Below are positions 14,222 through 28,648 of a DNA stretch of 64,000 nucleotides, one piece after another. How positions within the stretch are numbered: position 1 is the first letter of the stretch; each line of letters starts with the position of its first letter. The DNA is taken from assembly GCA_964016885.1 (NCBI GenBank), contig OZ024743.1, forward strand, positions 15,624,001-15,688,000, written 5' to 3'. The DNA comes from Eledone cirrhosa. Lineage: Eukaryota. The position numbers and the translations under genes are program-made. The notes under the pieces were generated by a model, which had not been told where the DNA came from, did not search any database, and saw nothing but the letters and a program-made list of their open reading frames with translations.

Positions 14222-14272
<51 letters not shown>

Positions 14273-15441
14273 TAAGTTATTCCGGGTTGAATAGGAGGTA
14301 ACCACAGTAAGGTACTCAATACATAGCAGAGTATAAAAGTCCTGTAGAATCTCATCTATATTAAAACTATATATATATATATATCTTCATTGTCATGCTC
14401 ATCATTAACATTATATGTCCATTCACCCAGCTACACACACACATATGTATATACACTCCCCCACACATTTATATATATATCTGTGTGTGGTGTAAATTCT
14501 GATGCAATGGTTTGAAGTCGCTGCATATAATAGATTTGTTATTATACTGAAATTATATAAGACAGAAGCAGCTTTATAATGTCTGTTTTCACTATACCTG
14601 TAGTTGGTGCATTTTTTACAGAATAAAAGAGTCATGAAATATGGATGAGATCTGAGATGTATGGCTGTTTAGTTTATTTTTGGCTTGTGTTGAAAGTTTT
14701 CTGACTATTTTGTTTACAGGTTAAGACAATGAAGGCCCTTATTTCATGGATAGTTTGGTGTTCGTTCTTGCTGTCTCTAACTTATTTATGTATATGTATA
14801 GAATTACGGGAACATAACATGTCTTAACATTATTTGTACATAGGAACTCCATTGTGTTTAATTGCAATCTCAATGCTGGATATATATGCCTATCTTAGTT
14901 ATAACATATTCCTGTACACTACACATAAACCTATATCCCATATGCATATACTATATATATATATATATATATACATATTTATTAAGGGTGAAAGCAGCGA
15001 TTCTTTGCTTAAACTTTAATCTGTTATTTTAATAAATATGTGGTGTATATATTTGTCCTTATCGAGCCCTCTTTGGATTTTAGTCTTCACATTTATCATT
15101 ATTACTATTTATATATATATATATATACATTTCAGTATGTGTTGTTTGCTTACCGACACTTAAGTATGCAGGTTAGAACATTCAATGAAGTGTGCAGGTG
15201 TGTCTGTTTACTCCGGAGTAATTTAAAAATAAGAAGTGTAAGTCAATAGATTAACATTAACTTTGTTTATTCATATTCGCTGCAATTTATATTTCAGTGA
15301 TAACCATCTGTTCTTTGAGTAACAACACCACACTTTGTATCTGGGCATATCAAACAAATTAACAAGGTAAACTCTGTTCCACCATTATGTTTTCCTGTTC
15401 TATCTGATCAAGTTGCCTGATGAGGTCATAGCTGTTGAATA

Positions 15442-15541
15442 ATGGTTGAACGTCTGAAAGTATATACTTTCCTTATGCAAATTAGGCTGCTCAGCTATTA
15501 AAATGCATAAGGAAAGTATATACTTTCAGACGTTCAACCAT
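15442..15541. repeat. 38-bp perfect inverted repeat; each arm contains the 16-bp palindrome gaaagtatatactttc
   Basis: 15442-15479 is the reverse complement of 15504-15541. Confidence 0.9.
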
Positions 15542-15556
15542 CTGACAGAAAAGTAT

Positions 15557-15599
15557 ACGATGCTGACGATAGCTAATAAGCTTGAAACTAGTACATCGT
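15557..15599 (+). ncRNA. Minimal type-I hammerhead ribozyme motif
   Basis: acgatg CTGACGA t agc-taataa-gct t GAAA ctag TA catcgt; 6-bp stem I and palindromic ACTAGT stem III. Confidence 0.75.
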
Positions 15600-18500
15600 T
15601 CCTGTGTCAGTGTTGAACAAAAAGGTAACGATTGTTGCCTGAACACTGTATGGCGTAATCCGTGCTGTTTGTTTGTTTACAAACAAACCGAGCATTATAA
15701 TAAATGTTCGGTAAACCCATACGTACATATATATATGTGAACATGTATGTATATATATACATACTACTGTACGTCTGTATACATATATGTATGTACGTAT
15801 ACATACATACTTACATTTAAGTACCAGCCGCACTAAGAGTGAGAAATGAAATATCGTTTCATTCTTTTCCATATATATATATATTTCAGAAAACTGAAAG
15901 GGTCAGTATTTTGTTTGTAAATGTCGTAGATATATTATGTGCTTTAGTTTTATGCTTTATTTGGTTGAATTGACTGATAAATGTTTGACTATTAATGTTG
16001 TTACTATTTATGAATTACAACCTGTTGCTACATGATATTTTGTTGAACTTTAGGTATATATGGGGTTGTTTATGTGTTATGTGTTGTGGCCATACTATTC
16101 ACTCAGATAATTCTTGGTATTTACATACTATGTATAGGCTAGTTATTGGTAGGGTGTGGATTTCAATAGCTGGAATGTTTTACAGATTTTTATGTTGCAT
16201 GAGTTTAGTCTCTCTGATCATCTATTTAGGTGTAGTAAAAAATTTCAAAAGCTTCTGTGAGATATAAGCAACATGTGTTTCAATCCCCTCTATAAGATTT
16301 TGCTGTGGCTAAAATATTCTGTTTCATATCTTAAGGAATGTTTGTGTCCTTCAATTCCTGTAATTAACTTGAGAGGGAAAGTGTTTTTCTTTTAGACCCA
16401 TATCTGGAGTTGGATTTTCCTGGATGAAGAGACCTTTGAACTTATACGCAGTGAGGCCTATGTAAGTATTTTGGGAGTCAACTCTTGTGACTTGTCATTT
16501 ACATACTACCTCCTTGCTGAGGCAGCTTGAAAGAAAGGACAATTGGCCACATTTATACAGTTATTTTCTGTAGTTGTGTTTTGGTCTTCTTCATTTTTAT
16601 TGCTTCTGTTGGAAGAGGCTATATATTGCTCCATATAAATAGATATATATTTCTAACATAGACACAAATCCAACACTGGGCTCATTAATTTAATAACTGA
16701 ATCTCTATGCAGTTATTTGATGAGCCAAATAAACAGATATATACTGTTTAAAAAGGCAATATTGCTTTTAATCACGGGCTTATTTAAACTTAACAATAAT
16801 ACAAGTTTTAATCCCTTTTCTTTACCTCTTCTTATTCAAACACCTTCCCCTATCTTAACCCCGCTCCTTATTAACTAAGTACTTCACTTTAAGAATCTTC
16901 CACTCACTTCCTTTATTCCCACCTCTCATACTCTTCCTTCCTAATTATCTATGTAACCCACGTGAGTCCTCCATCCTCACCTTGCACACCCAACACTTCC
17001 CACTTCCCCACTCATCCAATTCCTTCCAGCATCAAAAGGAAGTACCCTCAGGCATCCTCCGTCCTGGTCCAGCCAAACACATACCAACATACAAAGATAG
17101 CTGAATGATACCAACCTACTACACTCAACCTATGCCAACATGGAAAGCCAAACATTCCCCACAGTATTCTATGATAAAATGGTTGTTTAGATTTGGGAAG
17201 AGCATCTGGCTGTAAATGCCAATCCTAAACAAAAACGGAATGTATGAATTAGACGTTGTCTCCTAACTGACCATGTTTTAGAGTGAGTCCAGCCTGTAAA
17301 GTAGTAGTCACGATGCCACAACAATGGTTCTCAGTACATGCTGTGATGTGGTTCATATTAGGAAGGGCATCCAACTGTGAAAAAACATTTCAAAAAACAG
17401 ATTGTATGAGATAGACCTTGTCACCTGACTTGGCTAGCCTCATCACATGACAACACATCTGAATCATACAACCATAAAATATAGATACTAAATGGTGATG
17501 ATAATCATGATGACAATGTACATATATATACAGTTACATTTTGAGGAGAAGATCAAAGAATGCAAGCCCAATGCTTTAATTGGTAGTTATTTTGATCAAC
17601 ATCAGAAGTATGAAAGTCAGTGTCTAACTTCAACAATACCTCAATATAAAGTATAAAGTAGGGTATTCAGTATTTAGTATAAAATAAATACTGAATGCCC
17701 TACTGATTCTGCCCATCCACTATTATAAAATAATTTATAATAATTATATTTGTTACATTTCTGCTTGATAAGATATTTTATCTTAAACTAAGAATTATTG
17801 GTGTATTTTATACCTGTTTGCAACATTTATGGTTCTTTATTTTAATTATAACATATTTCATAATTAATGGTTATACTTTATCCTATACATTTTTGGAAAA
17901 TTGAAGTTATAAAATATAGGTTTAATCCAATACAATACAATGTCTACATAATTACAATAATAGTAAAGAATAAATACAAAACAGAAAAGAAAATTAATGA
18001 GGAACAAAATTAATGCAGTCAAGTTTCTCTATGTGTAAAACACAAGACTAAGGGAGGTAATTAGATGATGTTTTTATATTATGTGATTAGTTCTGTTTAT
18101 TTATTTATATATTCATTTATACATATATTCATATTTATATATTTCAATCATGACCCTCCTCTCCTCCCATTTAAACATACTACAACCACCACCACTGAAG
18201 TATCAAATAATAAAACATAACATAAATTAATTTAACATATTAATTTAATATATTTTAACAATATAATATAAAATGCATTGTGAGACTGCCTTGAGTTTGA
18301 AAGAATAATTTCTGTGTCTATATTTTTTCTTTACACCCCGCTCCTATTTTTTCTTATCTAAAATTTCCAAACAATTAGTCTTTGTTTTCGGGAATACTTT
18401 CAAATTGATTAAATTGATTCTCCACATTCTCCAAGGAATTATTCTAAAACAATCTTTATTTGTTTACTGAGAAAAGAATTAAAAAATAAGAAAAATGGAA

Positions 18501-21442
18501 TAAAAAATGACAGAGGGAGAAAATAAAAAAAATGGTGTTCAAATTTTTGTGATAAAAAAGATTAAATAAACCAGGAATCATCTCTAGCTTTTTCTACTTC
18601 TAGATTGATCCGATTTGTAAGTTTGTAAGAAATGATTGTTGTAAGTAGGTTACCACTGTCTACTGCAATCTAGCAGAGTTATTTGCAGCAAACATCCGAT
18701 TAAAATGGCATTATGTTACACACAAAACATCGATGCCTATGAATAATGATAAGTGTGGGAAAAGTGGACTTAGTTCTACAAACAAACTAATTAGATACCA
18801 TGTCTAATTTTTGTTTTGCTTTTGTTTAATATAAGCCAGTTTACGAAATGATGTTGTAACAATACAAATAAAGAAAGTAATCAATTTTTAATGCTCCCAA
18901 GCAATTTAACCCTGTTCCATTGAGTACATTTTTCTACTCAATAAACAAATGCAAACACATTTTAAATGATTTGATACTGTCTTTTGAAACTGACTATCAT
19001 TAGAGCATAGGAGAAAATGACTATTTGTTCCAGCTTACTGCAAACTGAATTTAAATGCTCCATGATCAACTTTGCTTTTCATCTTTTTGTGGTCTGTAAA
19101 ATAGAACACCAGTTAATAGTGATGGATTAGTGTAATTGTTCAAATATTTAACATGAGACCTTGTGGTGTTTGTTCTGATTCTTTCGCATTGTGAGTTCTT
19201 CAATGGGTGACTAAATACTTTACCAAGTTTAACACCACCATATGGTCACTTTGATACAAGCATCCCAACCAGTATGAGGATAACTTCCTGTTTTCCTCTC
19301 TTCATTATCAGAGTCCATTAAAAATATAAAGGGTTATGGATACCACTCTCATGACTAAACTGTAAAAAAATACCTTTGTTTTCTCTTGTGTTTTATGGTT
19401 TTATTTAAATAAATTTTGGTAATTTAGGATTATTGATTTTAAATTTATTTGCTTTGTCTTACATGGGTTCAACAATTCTATTAATCAGCATTTCCCAAAT
19501 GCCTTTTGATCTAAGCCAAAGAGTCATTAAGTTATGAGTTCTATTTCTTATCTAGGATATATTACATCAAATCAGAATCCATTACAAATTATTCAACCAT
19601 TACATCTGTATACTTCAACCCATGTCTTCAGTAGTTAATCTTCTAAACTCAAAAAAATTGAGATTTGTAAAACTGACTAAGTATACTGAAATCTTTAATC
19701 ACTATACATCTTACATATTTATTTCCCATATGTCAATGCATCACACATACATTATTTAATCTGTTTGCCATGGAAAATAAGAACACTATAATTGTAACAC
19801 AGGTAGAATCTCTTGAAATATCTTCCATCCAATTCAAAATATTACCAATATATTATTTTAAAATATTTTTCCTTCAAATTCCTTCATCTATAGAAGATGA
19901 AATAATACAGAAACATATCTGGAGTTAACTCCCATACTAGCCAGAAAATAATGAAATGAACATTAGTTATTGACTAATAATTTTTTTTTTTTTTGCCACA
20001 ATTTTAATTAGTATTTTGATATTTCATACCTTAAATACATGCTCACTAACTACACTAATGTTTTTTAAACAGCCAATTAATGTCTGTGAAATATGTAATG
20101 TCAAGTAATGTTATTATCCTACATATGGGCAATCGTTTCTATTTACTCAGCAACTACATCCTCATTACTTCAGAAAATTGGATGAAGAATGTATATTGCT
20201 GATGAATGCAAATAAAATTGAAACATGTCAGGGTTTTTTCCATATATGCTAATAAAAGAAAAATAATATGAATCATTTCCATCCTTTTTCCATCTGCTTC
20301 TTCCATGCATGCCTGGACTGGGAGGAGACATTTTGTGACTGGTTTTCTATAACCATTCCTGGCACCAACCGTATTATTGAAATATTATTAGTCATTAACT
20401 AATATTCTTATTATCAATTTTTACTTATTTCTAGTTTATTTTTAATCTGTATGCACTAAATATATTAGCACTCATGGAAAATGGTTGTTAAATGATGATG
20501 ATGATGAACTATAATTTTAGTTATTTGTGTTTAGTTAGTTAAGATATGAATAAGAGTTTGTGTAGTTTATTTTATGTACAGCTTTGCTAGGAAAGATTAT
20601 ATAAACATAAATTGTAAGATCGATCATTTTTTTTTTTTTTCATAAAAAATTCTTTAAGCACGAATCTTTCAATTATTTTGATTTGCAGATTTGGAAAATA
20701 TGGGAATTTAAAAAAATGTCTTATGTTTTTTTTCTTGTTTAAATATCCACGAGGTTCAGTTTAAAGACAATCACAATTCAAGAACAGGAGAATACTATAG
20801 AAACTCATAATAAAAGACACCTACTTTAAAGACACTGTGTGATATTCATAAGAGTGTTAAAATTCATAACACATGGTTCTGCTCTGTTGAGTAGAATTGA
20901 ATATTATCTACACAGTTTTCTTTTAATGCAATATTTCTTGGACAATCTGATTTCCTCCCATGTCCCATTAAGGTTGAAAAGACACTGTCATTTAGAATAA
21001 TGAAAAACTTGCTCATTATAATATGAATGCATAATAGGATTTATAGATTGTTACAAGTGCATGAATCAGAGACAGCTAAACTTAACATGGTGTTAGGAAG
21101 AAGCGTAATATTACAGTTCACTTTCTATCAAAGAATGTTGTCAGGCCATGAATAACAAGTGCTTAATGAGGCATTTGAAAGCATTGACTGAGCCAGACAG
21201 TCATAGATCAACTAGAAGGTCATTCCAATATATTCACTTATATGAGATACTCCTTCCTCTCTTTCACTCCAAGCATATCAATTGATATTGCAACAAGGTT
21301 TAGTGCAAATGAATTTTAACTATCAAGGTTAAATCAGTGTCAGGTAAAGGTAGTATTTAGAAATCATTATTAGAGTTTTGAACTATCGATTCTTTCTGAC
21401 ATTTTAGAAGAACTTATGAAGACAGATATTGTAATAATAATA

Positions 21443-21632
21443 ATTGTTTCTACTTTCGGCACAAGGCCAGCAATTACCCAGTGTATTACTGGTACTTTTT
21501 TTATCGACCCCTGTAGGGATGAACGGCAAAGTTAACCTCGGTGCGATTTGAACTCAGAATAGCAAGGGCCGTAACTCTATATGTCAAAGCATGGCGTCCG
21601 ACCCTCTACCAATACTGCCAATCCACCACCCT
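21443..21632 (-). mobile_element. tRNA-derived SINE (same family as 7674-7842)
   Basis: Direct similarity, A/B boxes, simple-repeat tail ((AAT)n on the plus strand). Confidence 0.78.
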
Positions 21633-22134
21633 TTGTAATAATAATAATGATTTTTATAATTATGATTCTTTCATTATTAGCCACAAGGGCTGAAAAACAG
21701 GACAATGTCAATGAGGATTTACATAATAAATCATGTAAACAAAGAAAATAGGTAACAATAAACAATATATTAAAACAACAGAATTCCTCAATAGGAGGTG
21801 CATCAACCAGTTAGATTAGAAACTCCACTGATCTGAAAATATCCTAATCACCAAACGCACCCTAGACATCTCTGAACTGCCGAGCCTATATACACATGCT
21901 GAAAGTGGGCCATCCTTGCTACATTTACCAAGCTTTTACATTTCATCTCCACCCTCAACTTCCTTTCCAAGTGGAACTTAAAAAGATAAAGAGGACTTTA
22001 CTGAAGGGGAAAGTGTCTGTCTTCAGTCATTTCAAATGTGTCCACACCATAATATCTTCCATTACAGCTACCAGATGGCAGTAAACTGCCTCCTTTCAAT
22101 GATCAAAAGAAGTTTGTGTGGGTATTTTTCACAA

Positions 22135-22480
22135 TGGAGGCACACGGCTTAGTGGTTAGAGCATTGGCCTTGCAATCGAAAGGTTGTGAGTTCAATTCTC
22201 AGACCGGGTGATGTGTTGTTGCCTTGAGCAAGACACTTTATTTCACATTGCTCCAGTTTACTCAGCTGTAGAAATGAGATGATAGGGACTGGGGTCCATA
22301 TCATTCCACTGCAAAGTGGTCGTGGAGGTGCCACGGCAAAAAAAGCACCCAGCACTCACTGTAAATGAGGTTGGTGTTAGGAAGGGCATCCAGCTGTAGA
22401 AAGCAAGCCAGAATCAGTTCCCGTCCCACCCTTGCAAGCAGGGAAAAGTGGACGTAAAATGATGATGATGATGATGATGA
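22135..22480 (+). mobile_element. CORE-type tRNA SINE with RTE-derived 3' tail
   Basis: A box cggcttagtggtt, B box gagttcaattc, CORE-like ccttgagcaagacacttt...cagctgtagaaatgag; 22306-22480 matches the RTE 3' UTR at 28960-29238 and ends in (ATG)n. Confidence 0.85.
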
Positions 22481-22503
22481 GCTTGCCGTTAACTGGATCA
22501 GTC

Positions 22504-23610
22504 CTACATGTGACAAGTGACCAATGCCCAAATACTGGATGGGTGCATGAAGAATGGTTTTGTTATACTGAGTTCATTTATGACAGGTCTATCTGACATT
22601 ACTTCTGTGCCTGTAGACTTTGTCTCGAACCAGCAATGCTGTTCACTTCTCAGTGGTACGAGAGAGTGTGTCGTTTGTTTTTTTCTGGGATTTTGTATAA
22701 TACGCCCACCGCTCCAAATCCTCTGCCTAGGGCAATATGAGTTTCGCGTTCCCATCTGCAACCAAAAACCTTTTCGATCTTGGAATCAGTGGCATGCTCT
22801 AACTGGTGTGACTTCACTTCTTTCATATGGTATGTTGCCGTACAAAGTTGCATGTTTTCCAGTACATTGGGTGGAGATGTGAAGCTGAATATGTGACTGT
22901 TCCTCATTAGAATTTGCTTAACATCTCTTATCCCATTTCTATTGACAATTATTCTTTCTGTATATTTGGTTGTCGAAAGAATAAGCTGATTCTAAGGGAT
23001 CCTTCTGTGTTGTCTTTGACGTGGTCACACTCTGCTTTGTCGCTGGGCTGGTATGCATGGTTGACAGGTCTGTATTTATTTTGTTGCTGTTGTTTTTGTT
23101 GTTGTTGTTACTCATACTATTATAGTTGTTGTTGCTTCTGTCATTGTTGTCACTCTTGTTGTTGTTCATATTCTTATTTGTGTCCCAGTATTTTGTTGTT
23201 GTGGTGGTGGTAGAGGAGATATTAGTGCTGTTGCTGTTTTTTATTATATTTGTTGTTTGTTTTGATGCTCTGTACATCATGGAGGAGGTGGTGGTGGTGG
23301 TGTTGGCTTACCATAATGAGGGATATTTATGTTCATATATTTTTATTGTATGAACTTTGTTGCCACTGGATTAATTTTTATTGTAGCTGTTGCTGTTGTA
23401 ATCATTGTTGGTGATGCTGGCGGTGCTGGTAATGTCTGTAGGGTTGACATTGTTAATATTACTCTTCAGAGTGCCCTCTGAATGGTTGTCATGACGCTCA
23501 CTTATCTGGAGGAAAATTTTGCCGCTTTGGCTGGATGTGGAGGAGGGCGTAACTTCCAAATTTACAAAATGAATTATTATTGTGGGTGTAAATTTTAGCT
23601 GTAAGTTCAT
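22504..23610 (-). pseudogene. Long decayed reading frame, S/T/N-rich, unknown protein
   Basis: ORFs 23371-23610, 22939-23280 and 22504-22761 share one frame with 5 internal stops in 369 codons. Confidence 0.35.
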
Positions 23611-23792
23611 ATATTTGAGCCAAAGGCCAAATATTATGGGGTTGCCTTTTTAGAGGGATGTATGGAGCCCTATTAACAGTTTGCAATAAAAAAAAAATAT
23701 TTCAACAAATTACGTTTCAAACAACTTAAAACAACAAACCTTTTGGAGCTAAATATTACTTGTCTTCACAAGTCATTTACCAATAAAAATAA

Positions 23793-23940
23793 TAATTGTT
23801 TCTACTTTAGGTACAAGCCAGTAATTTGAAAGGGAGAGGAAAGTTGAGTAAATCGACCCCGGTGCATTACTAGTGCTTTATTCCGTCAACTCTATAAGGA
23901 TGAAAGACAAAGCTAACCTCGGTGGGATACGAACGCAAGA
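23793..23940 (-). mobile_element. tRNA-derived SINE fragment (family of 7674-7842)
   Basis: Shares aattgtttctacttt...aaggatgaaagacaaagctaacctcggtggga. Confidence 0.7.
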
Positions 23941-25331
23941 AGTAATGGGCATTAATTCCAAACAAAAATATGTTCCTTTTTCTGAACTTTGTTTTGTAAT
24001 ATATTGTTAAAGAAAATGTTATGCCTGTTGTTATTTTGAAGCATTCAATATTTTTGATGTATTATCGTTCATTACAACAAATCATATTTCTCCCTAGCTA
24101 AAAATAAATATGTAATTGGCAGCTTTGTTGGTCCCTATTCATTGATATCAATGCTTTGGGGAAATAACTTCTCTGACATCATTGAATAACAACACATCGA
24201 CACATGCAATCACATCATATAAGTGTACATTGTGTAGATATCAAATTTTGTATCTGAAATTTATGTCTGTTTTCTATAAATCTCAGAACTAAAGTCATTA
24301 ATTATCAATTATTACCATAGAGTAACACTGTATATTATGCCAAAGAGCTAAAAACAATGTACCAGAATGTGTAGATTATTAGAGTATTGATTGTCTATCC
24401 ATCATTCATATATATATATATATATGTGTATATGTATATATAATTGAAATTTTATATATTCCTGATTTTATTAAATTAAAGCAGGCACTGATATCATTCT
24501 AACATAGAATTCACTCTGAAATTCCTAAAACTATATAGAAAAAAAAGTAGTTAAAAAAGTACTATATAAATGTTGATTTTTTTCTATTATTTTTGTTGAT
24601 ATATTTATTTTATTTATATATATATATATATATAGGGAACTTTTATGTATTCTTCAATTTAAAAGTCGAAATGATTGAAATCATTGTGAAATTTAAAAGT
24701 CAGATTTATTTGCACCAGAGCATGAAATAGGAAGAACAAAATAAATAAATGAAGAAAGAAAAAAAAATTATAAAAACATTAATAAGATCAGAACAATTAG
24801 AAAAAAAAAAGATAAAATACAATTGTGTTTTTCTGTTTTGTATATATGTGTATATATATTGTTTTCAACATTTTTTTGTTTTTCTTGTTTCAGTTAAATA
24901 TAGCAAACCAACTAGAACTAAAACTAAAAATAAGGAACCAATGTTCCTCGCAACTAGACTGGCAGCAACACATACCCTCATTGAAAAAACAATGAAAAAC
25001 AGCTAAAAATAAAATAAGCATATACATGTACATACATACAGATATAAGAGAAGCTTAATTCTAACAACAGTTCTTCTCTTATGCCAATATGCAAATACTA
25101 CAAAAGAAAATATCTATTTCCAGAATTTCAAAATCAAGACAAACTCACTTATACTTGTGAAACGAAGAAAATACAGAAAAAAGAGACAAATTAATAAAGA
25201 AATATATAAAATACCCCAAGATGAGAAATATACCAAAGAATACATTTATAAATCTTTCATTTGTTTTTGTCTCAATGTTTCATTTTATTATTTCTTGAGT
25301 TTATTTTTTCTTGGGGTGAGTGGGTTGACTC

Positions 25332-25375
<44 letters not shown>

Positions 25376-26117
25376 AGTAGTAGTAGTAGTAGTAGTAGTT
25401 GTAGTAGTAGTAATAGTAGTAGTATTTTTATTATTATTATTATTATTATTTTAGTTCCTGTTTAGTCTCTCAACTGGCTGATTTTTATAAAGTTAAATTT
25501 AGTTACATTTTTACCTAATCTTGCTTTTGTTTTTATCATCATCATCATCAGCAACATCAGCCAAATGACACTCTTCTTTTTGTCTTCTTCTTAGTAGTAG
25601 TAGTAGTAGTAGTAGCAGTAATAGTAGTAGTAGTAGTAGTAACGTTTTCATCATTTATATCATCATGCTGCTGATGCTTTTGAGAATGGGCATCATCATT
25701 ATCATCAGTACCGACTCTACAACATCCAGTCATTCACCCTTACAACCACCACCATCACAACAGTAATAATATCTATCACCACCACTATTGCCACAATAGC
25801 TACCACCACCATATCAACTACCACCACTACATTTGCAACAAAAACAATAACATAAAGCACAATCACAGCAACAACAATTACCATCACCCCAATAACGAGA
25901 AAATCCACACCACATGTCACTACTACAAATGTTATCATGATTTGTATTTAGTTATTGTATTCATTTATATATTATTCTTATTATTATGCTTACAATTATC
26001 CAATATTTTTTGATTTCTCTTATTAATATATTTTTTTACTGCATATATTTGCTTTTCATTTTATATTGATGTGTTTGCATAGACATATATGGAAGTGGGA
26101 ATGCAATCGTGTATTGC

Positions 26118-26416
26118 ACACACACACACACATATATACATATGTATATACATACATATATATATGTATATATGCATGTATATACGTGTATATATATATA
26201 TATATATGTGTATGTATATATATATAGATACACACATATATATATATATGTATATATATATATGTTTATATATATATATATATATATACATATATATATG
26301 TATATATATGTTTATATATATATACGTATATATATGTATATATATATATATATATATATGAGTATATATATACATATATATATACGTATATATATGTATA
26401 TATATATGTTTATATA

Positions 26417-26456
<40 letters not shown>

Positions 26457-26634
26457 CATTATATATATATATATATGTATATGTATATATATATATATGT
26501 TTATATATGTATATATATATATATATATATATAAATACATTATATATATATATGTATATGTATATATATAAATATGTATATGTATATATATACATATATG
26601 TATATATATAAATATGTATATGAATATATATACA

Positions 26635-26688
<54 letters not shown>

Positions 26689-26746
26689 TATATATATACA
26701 TATATGTATATATATATATATACATATGTATAATATATGTTTATAT
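26118..26746. repeat. Long compound (TA)n/(TATG)n microsatellite
   Basis: Visible directly; other large TA tracts at 4227, 7107, 7308, 11502, 27716, 28364 and 51248. Confidence 0.95.
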
Positions 26747-26803
26747 ATCATCATCATCACCATCATCATCGTTTAACGTCTATCTTCCATGCTAGCATGG
26801 GTG

Positions 26804-26835
<32 letters not shown>

Positions 26836-27684
26836 AATAAACACATAGATACATACATAGTTGCATACATATATTGTTTTACATTGAAAGTAATTAAAAT
26901 TGGAGAAATAGACATGTTGAATCAACAACGGGGAGTTGTTCTCTTTGAGAGGAAAACAGATAGTTTATGGATTCGTTGGCGCCACAGTTGCTTGGTCAAT
27001 TACTCAGCACTAATAACATTGGATAGATTTGCTCTATGTCTTCTATAGGATCAATAAGTGTAATTAAAGCTCAACTGGGAATAGGGAAACGATGAGAATA
27101 TAAATGATTTGAATAGGTCATTTTGGCAGCAGATTTGATGAAGGAGAATTAATGTTGAATTCTACTATTTCTTTCGAAAAGAAGAGATGATTGTGAACGA
27201 AGGAAAAATATTGAAAAAAAGAAAAAAAATTCATTAATTTTCACAAGATATACTTTAATTTTATCCCATAGATTATCTCTCTCACCAACTTTCTCCAGTT
27301 CTCTGCCAACATCTTTCCCCCATTCTACTGCCACAACTCTATGAAACTATAACTGTGTCACTCATACTATCAACAACATTATCTAGAATTTTCTCTGGAA
27401 AGAGAATATGTGCATTTGATATTTCTTTGCAATTGTGTGTTGTATTATGGGTGTGTATGCATTCATGAGAAAAGGGAAGAGAGAATAAGTGAGAGAAGAA
27501 GGGGAGAGATTGAACGAGAGAGAGGAGTATTTTCTTCAACAATTCCTTTTCTTTCACCTAAATAACTGTGCTAGGAATATTGATAAAGAGAAACTTAATA
27601 AAATTAAAAAAGTAAAATGTAGAGAGTATCAAGTAAGACAGACAATGTCTAAATAAATGCATATATTTCTGTGTACATTTATAC

Positions 27685-27769
<85 letters not shown>

Positions 27770-28323
27770 CATGTACATAATCATCCATATATATATATAT
27801 ATATATAATGAAGGAAGTGTGGTAAGGAACCAGGTGGACCATACATTTATAGATCTCTCTCTCTGTATAAATATGTACTACTCATATATATATATAATGA
27901 AGGAAGTGTGGACCATAACGCACAAGAGTACTCAATACTATGGGTAGTTTTGACATCTATCTCTGAACATTCAGATATAATGGTCAAAATGGCCGGAGCT
28001 CAGCCATCGAAGTCCTGACTCTTTTCCTATATATGTATAGGAAAAGAGTATATATATATATATATGCGTTTCTGGGATTATGTGTGTGTGTATAAAAGAA
28101 TCAGAATTATTTTATTATGTCACAAACATTAGGGAAGATGGCATGTCCTTGGTATAGATGAAGAGTGTACTTGACCTTTTGATAGGGCAGTTTTCTACAT
28201 CTGGATGCTCTTCAAATACATACATACCTCGTCTTTCTTTTCTCTCTTCTTGGATAAATCATTTTTCACACTCTGTCACTTTTTGTTTTCAATTGATGCA
28301 CGTCAGTTTGCCTCTAATTTGAC

Positions 28324-28424
<101 letters not shown>

Positions 28425-28466
28425 ATGATATTAAATAAATGGAAACTATAATTATAAAACCATATT

Positions 28467-28527
28467 TATTCTATTATATATATTTCAAGAGTACCAACAT
28501 TTTGGTACGCTATCATCAGATAAAATA
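28467..28527 (-). ncRNA. Minimal type-I hammerhead ribozyme motif
   Basis: Reverse complement of 28649-28709. Confidence 0.75.
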
Positions 28528-28648
28528 CGAAGTGTGTTTTATAAATCTTGACATAACCAAGGAAAATATACCTTAACGGTTCAAGGAAAACTTGAACGAT
28601 TAAGGAATATTGTCCTTGGTTATGTCAAAATTTATAAAACACACTTCA

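Larger units (their letters stand above)
12498..14229. mobile_element. Penelope-like element 3' part as a head-to-head inverted duplication (arms ~12554-13310 and ~13448-14229)
   Basis: ~760-bp inverted arms; GIY-YIG endonuclease motif (VVYSIRC...YIGETARSIGERINEH) preceded by a Cys-rich linker; hammerhead near each outer end; (TA)n flanks. Confidence 0.88.

Noticed and set aside
22135-22210. Functional tRNA gene
   Set aside because: tRNA-like head of a SINE; no complete cloverleaf and followed by CORE and LINE tail.
22504-23610. Stop-codon rescue by A-to-I editing
   Set aside because: Would need five stops recoded to Trp; pseudogenisation or splicing is far simpler and there are no RNA data.
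26036-26795. YI/YM-rich ORFs here and at other TA tracts
   Set aside because: Translations of (TA)n microsatellites.
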